The notes beneath the pieces are model-generated. The model was not told the origin of the DNA. It worked only from the letters and a program-made list of their open reading frames with translations, and did no database searches. Below are positions 1-8,731 of a DNA stretch of 11,025 nucleotides, one piece after another. The position numbers and the translations under genes were made by a program. The DNA is from Anthoceros angustus (lineage: Eukaryota > Plantae > Anthocerotophyta): positions 1-11,025 of the forward strand of contig VJWM01000422.1 in NCBI GenBank assembly GCA_010909165.1. Reading direction: 5' to 3'. The number at the start of each line of letters is the position of its first letter. Positions within the stretch are counted from its first letter, which is position 1.

Positions 1-180
1 CTTACTATTAGGGCACTCTTCACTAGGGCACCTAGGACTTAATAATTAATTTAGTCCTTAGGGCTCTAGGTAGTTTCTTTTAGTAGTTATTTAATTGGTT
101 GTTACAACCACTTATTGGTTACAACTACCTTGCCTACATAAAGGCATGTACTTTCTATTATGAATGTAATGCAACACATA

Positions 181-812
181 TTGCTAGAGCTTGTGTATGA
201 TTCTCATCATTTTCTTATGTTCACAGACGACAAGAGTCATTTTGTTACTTCCTACATCTTGAAGAACAAAAGTGAGTGTTTCTTCTATTTCAAGGAGTAC
301 ATAAAATTTGCTGAGCGTTGGATTGGGAAGCAGCTCAAAACCCTAAGATCGAGTAATGGCGGGAATTCACCTCCAATGAATTTTAAGCCTCATCGCAAGA
401 AGAAGGCATGGTAGACAACTCGGTTGTCTACACTCTTCAATGTAATGGAGTGAACGATTGAATCTTACTGCAGGAGATGACCTCCTCTTTGTTACATGAT
501 GCTCAACCGCCACTTCCATATTGGGCAAAAGCTTTGATGACATCCACTATCTTTAAAACAGTTGCCTACAACCGTGCTGACAGCCGCACCTGTGATGAGG
601 CATTTACCGGTAGGAAACCTTCTTCCAACACTTGAGAACCTTTGGGTGTCTCGCCTATGCTTTTATACTTAAGAAAAAGCGCAAGAAGTTCTCTGATAAG
701 TCCTGGAAACTTCTCATGCTAGGGTATACTGGAGGGTATCAAGGCTTATAGACTTTATGATGTTCCCACAAATAAAATCATTTATGCTCGGAGTGTTACC
801 TTTGATGAAGGC
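181..812 (+). mobile_element. Degenerate Ty1/copia integrase (rve core plus SH3-like C-terminal domain), pseudogenised
   Basis: ORF 160-414 reads LLELVYD..FLMFTDDKSHFVTSYILKNKSECFFYFKEY..GKQLKTLRSSNGG, matching the copia consensus LELVHSD..YFLTFIDDFSR..YFLKNKSE..IKTLRSDNGGE. After a frameshift it reads VYTLQCNGV (cf. PYTPQQNGV). From 629 it reads HLRTFGCLAYAFILKKKRKKFSDKSWKLLMLGY, then after another shift IKAYRLYDVPTNKIIYARSVTFDEG ending at 812. Confidence 0.92.
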
Positions 813-1200
813 GATTGGGCATCGGTGGGGAGCCAAGACATGTTACAGACCTGGCCGATGATGGGGACGATCTTGATGTCTCACATTTTGATCTCACCAC
901 CATGGTACTCGAATTCTACCTACATAGCTCCCGCAGTGGGGAAAATATAGCAGAAAGTTAGAAGAAGCTCCTCCGCTAGCTATGCTCGAGCCAACTTTGC
1001 GACCCACATCCTCAACATCCTAGTGGTGCTTATCTCAAGTTAGAAATTGCTGACCTTGATCCGGTGATCCATCGATTCGAGGGCCGACGAGCTGATGAAG
1101 ACAATGACCGAACCGTAACCTCCGATCCTGCTCGACGTTATCCTACATGTGAACGGCACCGAGGACCCTACCATGGGCGCCCAGGGACCCCGATCCGCCG
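813..1200 (+). mobile_element. Copia INT-RT linker remnant; no reverse transcriptase recognisable downstream
   Basis: DPARRYPTCER at 1124-1156 resembles the RRYPxRER-type motif typical of copia linkers and directly follows the integrase SH3 domain. The right boundary is approximate. Confidence 0.55.
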
Positions 1201-1500
1201 CTCATTCCCTACTTAAGACCAATCTTCTCACCTCGTGAGCGCCTTTTACTTGCAGATTTGGGATTCGTCCCTTAGGCTCGCCTGTGGCCTTCCACTAACA
1301 CCTACACTTCTAATCACTGCCTCCTCATCCTCGCCCTCCTATTCTAACCTCGCCATCGCTTCTGACCGCCCCTTACGCACAATCCTGGGTCGGCCTCCAC
1401 CAAGAAGTTCTTTCTTGGGCGTATTATGAATTTGACACCAAACGGCGAGGATCTCTGTGAGTCCGTCTTCCTCAAACCGAGAGTTCCCTGGGCATTGCCA

Positions 1501-1583
1501 CTTGTTTTTCAAGATGTAGGAAAAGACAAAACGAGAGAAACCACCTGTGAAGGTCAAAAAATATCAACTACCACTAGACTTGG
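1501..1583 (-). mobile_element. Short inverted Ty1/copia integrase fragment from a different copy or family
   Basis: The minus strand reads P-S-L-(1 nt missing)G-G-S-*-YFLTFTGGFSRFVFSYILKNK, i.e. the SLGGSRYFLTFxDDFSR..YxLKNK block. It shares ttcctacatcttgaa with the + copy near 249-263 but differs at many other sites. Confidence 0.8.
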
Positions 1584-2383
1584 CTTTCAAGAAATCTCGC
1601 TGTTCTATCCAATAGTTTCGATCTCAGTTAATTTGATTTACAACCTGCTCCATTTCAACTTTTTGTAGCTTCGTCCATTTGATTTGCACTCCATTCAATT
1701 TAGCTTTGATTGAGTCGTGGGACATGGATTAATGGGCGTTTTGGAATGGGTATTTACACATTTACTCTAGCCGCTCTCGGCCGCTAACCGCTCTAGATAG
1801 ATGGTGTAGACCCCTAGCATGATGTGTCTATTCAAAGGTTGGTAACGATGAGCTATGATATTGGCTCTTTTAGTTGGCGATGGCACATTAAATATTCCTA
1901 CGCACATGTGAGACATAGGTTGAGGCATGAGCATTAGCATGCACTCACACACACAGTCACCGGATGTACGGACTCTTTCTTGTTATCACTTGCCAAAGGA
2001 CTCCACCAAACTTGCCGAAATGTGAGGACTTGCGATAGCCGATATCCCGCACAACATATTAGTCTAGATCTTGGACCATGGCGGTAGTAACCTACCACCG
2101 CAAGGCTGTATGTATGTTCGTGGACCACCGCTATCATCGTCCTCCGCCTTGAGGCGTAGCGAGACAAAATGTTGCGAGATGTGGTCGCTAGAAGGTTCCT
2201 TTGGCGGACGCGGGAAGGTTACCATCGTTGGGATTTCTGTACTCTTTAAGCGGAATCTTTCGATTTTGCTTGCTTTATTAGGGTTTACCTAAGTCTAATA
2301 GCTCTAGGGTTTGCAAGTGCACTGCGGATGGTTGGAAAGGATATTCAATTACCTTGTCCATGTATATATATACAAGATAAAAT

Positions 2384-2395
2384 AGAGAGAGAGAG
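2384..2395 (+). repeat. (AG)n microsatellite inside the array unit: (AG)6 here, (AG)9 at 4777-4794, (AG)7 at 7262-7275
   Basis: Counted directly from the sequence in each unit. Confidence 0.9.
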
Positions 2396-2516
2396 ATCGC
2401 AACTTAACGACAAAGGAGCTTGCAAATAGAAGAAGAAGAATTTTATTAAATCACGACTTTCTAAGTGCGTACAAGATATAGAATATTTAGAAAAAGAGAT
2501 ATAGAACTTGGCGACA

Positions 2517-2623
2517 AAGGAAGATGAAAATAGAAGGAGCTTATACATAAGATAGAAAAGTTTTACTAGGGACCAAGGAAGATGAAAATAGAAGGAGCTT
2601 ATATAATAAGATAGAAAAGTTTT
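2517..2623 (+). repeat. Internal ~58-bp-period duplication (aaggaagatgaaaatagaaggagcttata..ataagatagaaaagtttt x2), present in all three units
   Basis: Copies start at 2517 and 2575. A more degenerate relative (cgacaaaggagcttgcaaatagaag) lies near 2408. The same duplication occurs near 4916-5023 and 7395-7503. Confidence 0.9.
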
Positions 2624-2902
2624 TCCAAAGTCCATTTGCGAGGATGATCATCATGGGCTGAAATACCATGCATCCATACGATGCGATAAGATTAATACAA
2701 AGTCGAGAAGATTAATACAAAGGAGTAGAGTTAAGATTTGGTCAACTATGTGCGGAGAGATTTATATATCATACGTTTCATTGTGAAATACAACGTTCAC
2801 GTTGATAGAAATATACTCAAATGAGCATTACAAATTATAACTTAGTTGTGAAATCAAATTCATTAATAAATTACCCAAATGAGTATTACAAACTATGACA
2901 AC

Positions 2903-3914
2903 TTAAAATTCTAGTGTTCTATATGGTATGGATATCCCATATACGTGTACATACCATACACCCTCCTCAGATACTTGCTACTGCTATGCGCATATGCTTC
3001 ACCCCAACTTGTACCTCATTGGTTGCGCAATATCCGAGTCAATGTTACTTTCTGGACCCCATCCAATAACTACCACGATGATCTAACACTGACCACACCA
3101 AAGAAGACCCCACTTTTATAACTCTTAAAATCCGAACCACTACCACTGCTATTGCAACCCCAATGGATGGGCGGATACTTTTGAGCTAATGCATGCATCA
3201 AATGCGAGCAAAGCCAGAATAGTGAATCGGTACAATAGGTTCGAGACCAACCTTATTATTTTGACATATTCCTTTCACAGATATGGATAATCATTTCAAG
3301 AACGTTACAGAACCAACCATGTAGCCAGCCTTCTTCTGCACCAACGACAACTCCCAAAGGTATTGCACTCTTGCCTCGGATAGGGAGACCACCCGCACTC
3401 CTATTGCATGTTGAGTTTCCGCAAGTCAGCAACAAAAGCCCAACAACAACCGCATGTACCTTGATTCTTCTTGCTCCAATTATATTGGGCTCTCCAATCA
3501 AAGGAAAGCAGGCGGATCTTCAAGTCGCTTAGCACTAATCCTAGAAGAACTAGGCGCAATTGTGCTCCTATTGAAACTTGGAACTTTCACGAAAAGTTGG
3601 TCTTGAATTCTTCATCCCACAACCAAAATTGGTTCAAACCCAACGTAACGTAACCTCCTTATTGCTTCTCAATATACTCGTATGTTTCCTTGAAGATTTC
3701 AAAGCGAAGCAACTTCTCTTCAAGTCCTTCATAAACTTCGTCCATGTTCTAGTATCCAATCCTCTCGCTAGTCAACTGCAACTTGAGAAGACAAATTTAT
3801 GAAAGCACTTCCAAGAGGGACATCTTGTGTGACCAACTCTCTAGACATTACGCATGTTGCACTAGCTATGACCGTAAAAGCAACATGAGTAGGAAAAACA
3901 CATTTCGCCATCAT
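2903..3914 (-). pseudogene. Papain-like cysteine protease (family C1A) with I29 prodomain, copy 1; frameshifted, with a W-to-stop next to the catalytic Asn
   Basis: Joining frames gives MMAKCVF..VIASATCVMSR (ATG 3914), EDWILEHGR/VYEGLEEKLLRFEIFKETYEYIEK, GLNQF, KNQGTCGCCWAFVA (3469-3428; catalytic Cys codon 3443-3445), VSLSE, DYPY, FKSYKSGVF and LDH (His 3078-3080), then LRNQ*GTSWGE (Asn 3022-3024; TGA at 3016-3018). The 3' end is approximate (2903-2921). Confidence 0.92.
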
Positions 3915-3996
3915 AAATGTCTAATAGTTTTTCAAGATACTAACAATAATATTAGTCCGAGGCAATGACAATGAAAACTCTAATGTGCCTAGTCAC

Positions 3997-4004
3997 ATAT
4001 ATAG
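3997..4004 (-). promoter_or_regulatory. Candidate TATA box of protease copy 1 (CTATATAT on -)
   Basis: CTATATAT lies about 83 nt upstream of the ATG at 3914 and is conserved at the same spacing for copy 2. Confidence 0.5.
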
Positions 4005-5087
4005 ACTTAGCAAGAAATCTTGTTTCTATCCAATAGTTTCGATCTCTTAATTTGATTTACAACGCTCCATTTCAACTTTTGTAGCTTTCCATTTGATTTG
4101 CACTCCATTGAATTTAGCTTTGATTGAGTACGTGGGACATGGATTAATGGGCGTTTTGGAATGGGTATTTACACATTTACTCTAGCCGCCTCAGCGCCGC
4201 TAACCGCTCTAGATAGATGGTCCGTAGTAGACCCCTAGCATGATGTGTCTATTCAAAGGTTGGTAACGATGAGCTATGATATTGGCTCTTTTAGTTGGCG
4301 ATGGCCGTTAAATATTCCTACGCACATGTGAGACATACGGAGTTGAGATCAGCATGCACTCACACACACGATCACCGGATGTACTCTTTCTTGTTATCAC
4401 TAAAGGACTCCACCAGCTTCAAAATGTGAGGACTTGCATAGCCGATATCCGCACAACATATTAGTCTAGATCTTGGACCATGGCGGTAGTAACCCACTAC
4501 CCGCAAAGGCTCAGATGTATGTTCAGGCGACTCACGCTATCGTCCTCCCTCGAAAGGCGAGACAAAATGTTGCGAGATGTGGTCTGCTAGAAGGTTCCTT
4601 TATGAATGGGGGGAAGGTTACCATCGTGGGATTGTACTTTAAGTAAGCGGAATCTTTCGATTTTGCTTTATTAGGGTTTACACCTAAGTCTAGCTCTAGG
4701 GTTTGCAAGTGCACTGCGGGATGGTTGGAAAGGATATTCAATTACCTTGTCCATGTATATATATACAAGATAAAATAGAGAGAGAGAGAGAGAGATCGCA
4801 ACTTAACGACAAAGGAGCTTGCAAATAGAAGAAGAAGAATTTTATTAAATCCTCACTTTCTAAGTGCGCATAAGATATAGAATATTTAGAAAAAGAGATA
4901 TAGAACTTAGCGACAAAGGAAGATGAAAATAGAAGGAGCTTATACATAAGATAGAAAAGTTTTACTAGGGACCAAGGAAGATGAAAATAGAAGGAGCTTA
5001 TATAAATAAGATAGAAAAGTTTTTCCAAAGTCCATTTGCGAGGATGATCATCATGGGCTGAAATACCATGCATCCATACGATGCGAT

Positions 5088-5150
5088 AAGATTAATACAA
5101 AGGAGTCGAGAAGATTAATACAAAGGAGAGATTAATACAAAGGAGTCGAG
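5088..5150 (+). repeat. 23-bp minisatellite (aagattaatacaaaggagtcgag): 3 copies here, 2 in unit 1 (~2688-2729) and 2 in unit 3 (7574-7619)
   Basis: Read directly from the sequence. Some copies are shortened by a few bases. Confidence 0.9.
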
Positions 5151-5328
5151 AGTTAAGATTTGGTCAACTATGCGTGAGAGATTTATATATCATCCGTTTT
5201 CATTGTGAAATACAACGCTCACGTTGATAGAAATATACTCAAATGAGCATTACAAATTATAACTTAGTTGTGAAATCAAATTCTCACATTAATAAATTAC
5301 CCAAATGAGTATTACAAACTATGACAAC

Positions 5329-6377
5329 TTAAAATTCTAGTGTTCTATATGGTACAGATATCCCATATCTGTACATACCACATACACCTCCTCAGATACT
5401 TGCTACTCGTATATGCGATGTAACGGCTTCACCCCAACTTGTACCCCATTGGTTGCGCAATATCCGAGAGTCAATGTTACTTGCACCCCCATCCAATAAC
5501 TACCACAAAGATGATCTAACACTGGACCACAATTTCCACCAAAGAAGACCCCACTTTTATAACTCTTAAAATCCGAACCACTACCGCTATTGCAACTAAT
5601 GGATGGACGGATACTTCTTGAGCTAATGCATCCGTGATCAAATGCAAAAGCCGTAGTTGCGAATCGGTACAATAGGTTCGAGACCAACCTTATTATTTTG
5701 ACATATTCCTTCCTCAGATATGGATAATCTGTTCAAGAACGTTATCAGTAACCAACCATGTAGCCAATGACTTCTTCTACAGTGCACCAGACAATCGCTC
5801 CAAAGGTATTGCACTCCAAAAGCTCTTGCTACGATAGGGAGACCAGGTCCCGCACTGCCTATTGCATGTTGAGTTTACGCAAGTCTGTTGCAACAAAAGC
5901 CCAACAACAACCGCATGTACCTTGATTCTTCTTTGCTCCAATTATATTCGGCCGGGCTCTCCAATCAAAGAAGGCAGATCTTCAATGTTTAGCACTAATC
6001 CTAGAAGAACTAGGCAATTGTGCTCCTATTGAAACTTGGAACTTTGCTGAAAAGTTGGTCTTGAATTCTTCATCCACAACCAAAATTGGTTCAAACCAAC
6101 GTAAGCGTAACCTCCTTATTGCGCTTCTCAATATACTCGTATGTTTCCTTGAAGATTTCAAAGCGAAGCAACTTCTCTTCAAGTCCTTCATAAACTCGTC
6201 CATGTTCTAGTATCCAATCCTCGAATGCGCTAGTCAACCGCAACTTGAGAAGACAAATTTATGAAAGCACTTCCAAGAGGGACATCTTGTGTGACCAACT
6301 CTCTAGACATTACGCATGTTGCACTAGCTATGACCGTAAAAGCAACATGAGTAGGAAAAACACATTTCCGCCATCAT
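5329..6377 (-). pseudogene. Papain-like cysteine protease (family C1A) with I29 prodomain, copy 2; frameshifted as given
   Basis: Segments read LTSAFEDWILEHGRVYEGLEEKLLRFEIFKETYEYIEKRNKE (ERFNIN-type, 6177-6118), DEEFKTNF, DLPS/DWRA, KNQGTCGCCWAFVA (Cys 5904-5906), DLVSLS*QELLECNT, DYPY, GSDFKSYKSGVFFGGNCGPVLDH (His 5511-5513), VVVIGWG, ILRNQWGTSWGE (Asn 5452-5454) and GGVCGMY. Order and spacing match papain-family preproproteins. The 3' end is approximate (5329-5347). Confidence 0.93.
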
Positions 6378-6460
6378 AAATGTCTAATAGTTTTTCAAGA
6401 TACTAACAATAATATTAGTCCGAGAGCAATGACAATGAAAACTCTAATGTGCCTAGTCAC

Positions 6461-6468
6461 ATATATAG
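6461..6468 (-). promoter_or_regulatory. Candidate TATA box of protease copy 2 (CTATATAT on -)
   Basis: CTATATAT lies about 84 nt upstream of the ATG at 6377. Confidence 0.5.
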
Positions 6469-8731
6469 ACTTGGCTTTCAAGAAATCTCACTTATTCTAT
6501 CCAATAGTTTCGATCTCGGTTAATTTGATTTACAACTGCTCCATTTCAACTTTTGTAGCTTCGTCCATTTGATTTGCACTCCATTCAATTTAGCTTTGAT
6601 TGAGTACGTGGGACATGGATTAATGGGCGTTTTGGAATGGGTATTTACACATTTACTCTAGCCGCTCAGCGCCGCTAACCGCTCTAGATAGATGGTCCGT
6701 AGTAGACCCCTAGCATGATGTGTCTATTCAAAGGTTGGTAACGCGAGCTATGATATTGGCTCTTTTAGGCGATGGCCTCGTTAAATATTCCTACGCACAT
6801 GTGAGACATACAGTTGAGGCATGAGGCTTAGCATGCACTCTCACACACATAAATACCGGATGTACGGACTCTTTCTTGTTATCACTTGCCAAAGGACTCC
6901 ACCACCACTTGCCGAAATGTGAGGACTTGCGGATAGCCGATATCCGCACAACATATTAGTCTAGATCTTGGACCATGGTAGTAACCCACTACCCGCAAAG
7001 GCTCAGATATGCTAGACCACCGCTTATCGCCCTCCGCCCGAGCGTGGCGAGACAAAATGTTGCGGAGATGTGCTAGAAGGTTCCTTTGGCGGACGCCGCA
7101 GAAGGTTACCATCGTTGGGATTTGTACTCTTAAGTAATCTTTCGATTTTGCTTCGTTATTAGGGTTTACAAGTCTAATAGCTCTAGGGTTTGCAAGTGCA
7201 CCAGGATGGTTGGAAAGGATATTCAATTACCTTGTCCATGTATATATATACAAGATAAAATAGAGAGAGAGAGAGAAACAACTTAACGACAAAGGAGCTT
7301 GCAAATAGAAGAAGAAGAATTTTATTAAATCCTCACTTTCTAAGTGCGTACAAGATATAGAATATTTAGAAAAAGAGATATAGAACTTAGCGACAAAGGA
7401 AGATGAAAATAGAAGGAGCTTATACATAAGATAGAAAAGTTTTACTAGGGACCAAGGAAGATGAAAATAGAAGGAGCTTATATAAATAAGATAGAAAAGT
7501 TTTTCCAAAGTCCATTTGAGGATGATCATCATGGAATCGAAATACCATGCATCCATACGATGATAAGCGATAGAAGATTAATACAAAGGAGTCGAGAAGA
7601 TTAATACAAAGGAGTCGAGAGTTAAGATTTGGTCAACTATGTGAGAGATTTATATATCATCTCGTTTATTGTGAAATACAACGCTCACGTTGATAGAAAT
7701 ATACTCAAATGAGCATTACAAATTATAACTTAGTAATGTACCAAAAGAGTTTTAGAAGGACTAACTTGATTTTTTTTGGCTAAAACGATTGGAAGGGATC
7801 ATGCCTGGAATTTTCTAATTCTTGAAGCTGGAGTTGTAGGTATTGGTGGGGAAGCAAGGAGGATATCCCTGAAAAGAAACGGGTCAGCCGACCAAAGTGG
7901 AAAGTCAATCGCGTATCATCAGAGGTCGCTACACTACGCCCAGAGGGTGAGTGGTGAGCACCACGGTAGGTCGTAGACTACCGTGGTAGGCTGACCTTGG
8001 CCAAAAGGGAAATTAGTATGTGGGGATATTCACTAGATATGCTCACCAATAGGGAATAGATAACAGGATTAATTACATTACAAGGTGGGACAGGGGAATA
8101 AGTAATTTAGGCAAGTGATTAGAATTTTAGGATGGAAACCCAAATCTAGGGGCTGAGCGCCCTCTAGGTGGCAGCAATCCAAGGAGTGCAGCGCAGCTGG
8201 CGACTGCTCGAATCGAGGCATCTCATGTCATGGACTGAGCCGGAGTAAGCGAGGAAGAGGAGAAGGAAGGTCGCCATCGCCGCCGCGCGGCGAATCGGAA
8301 GGAAGGCGAGCGAGAGAGGAGAAGAAACCCCAGCCTGGGTGAAGAGAAAAGAGGAGAGGAGCCCACCAAACGCCTCAAGCATCGAGGACATAGGGCTAGA
8401 AGGCACCCATCAAGGAAGGCGAGAGGTGCTCACGAGCAACGGAGTGTGGAGAAAGTAGCGGGCGTGAAGCACGAGATTGGGACGCCCAAAGCAGACTTGG
8501 ACTCGAGGGAATTAAGAACGAGGAAGAACGCCACATCACCTCACCGGACGCCTTGCCTGAAGGAGAGCTCCGAGGAGAATTGGCGATGTACCGGGAGCAT
8601 CACCGAGACTAACGTTGGAATTGTGTCCCAGAGAGGTCTCGCCCAAGCAAGGAGTGTTTGAGAGTGAACTGAGGCCACTCCATTGGGAAGTAAATTTTCT
8701 TCCTTAGAAGCAATTGGAGTGGAAAGACACC

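Larger units (their letters stand above)
1575..7734. repeat. Head-to-tail tandem array of ~2.45 kb units: unit 1 1575-4001, unit 2 4002-6465, partial unit 3 6466-7734
   Basis: The same sequence restarts at 1575, 4002 and 6466 (tagactt..caagaaatct..ttctatccaatagtttcgatctc). Near-identical ORF translations (..FYFHLPWSLVKLFYLMYKLLLFSSSFVAKF..) recur at 2345, 4738 and 7227. Similarity stops after aaattataacttagt at 7734. Confidence 0.97.

Noticed and set aside
1-180. Possible LTR remnant (short tagggca repeats, a TATA-like cataaag) and a weak match of ttagtcctt to ~9971
   Set aside because: No terminus, PBS or second copy is visible, and the match is too short.
1254-1321. Patchy inverted similarity to 8110-8147 (ggca.gtgattagaa..tagg and cccaaatct)
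   Set aside because: Only two short blocks with different spacing match, which is insufficient to claim paired termini without an alignment.
2278-2312. Two telo-box-like motifs (AAACCCTA on -) in each spacer
   Set aside because: They are common short plant motifs with no tandem telomeric array and lie far from the ATG. There is no evidence of function.
2345-2635. Hydrophobic F/S/L-rich ORFs (also 4738-5073 and 7227-7556) as membrane proteins
   Set aside because: Their composition comes from reading the complement of A/G-rich repeats. Starts and stops vary between units and no domain is recognisable.
2517-2905. Two different internal duplications both with 58-bp spacing in unit 1
   Set aside because: The second spacing is 62 bp in unit 2 and the sequences are unrelated, so this is coincidence.
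3471-3968. Plus-strand ORFs 3471-3653, 3578-3802 and 3783-3968
   Set aside because: They are antisense shadows of the protease leader and prodomain.
4130-4135. ACGTGG ABRE/G-box-like site upstream of the protease (also 6606-6611)
   Set aside because: A single hexamer is expected by chance, and the site is absent from unit 1 as given.
5088-5150. 23-bp repeats as a CRISPR array
   Set aside because: The repeats are adjacent with no unique spacers, no cas genes are present, and the context is eukaryotic.
5470-5503. Minus-strand LLDGGASN resembling a copia aspartic-protease motif (WxLDSGAS), plus a VWYV-like stretch
   Set aside because: These are alternative-frame readings of the C1A segments VVVIGWG and GVCGMY. 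The full ordered set of papain motifs explains the region much better.
1575-7734. Spacer blocks as LTRs of a tandem TRIM-like element that captured the protease
   Set aside because: There are no TG..CA termini, no PBS or PPT at the block edges and no target-site duplication. The boundaries look like breakpoints.
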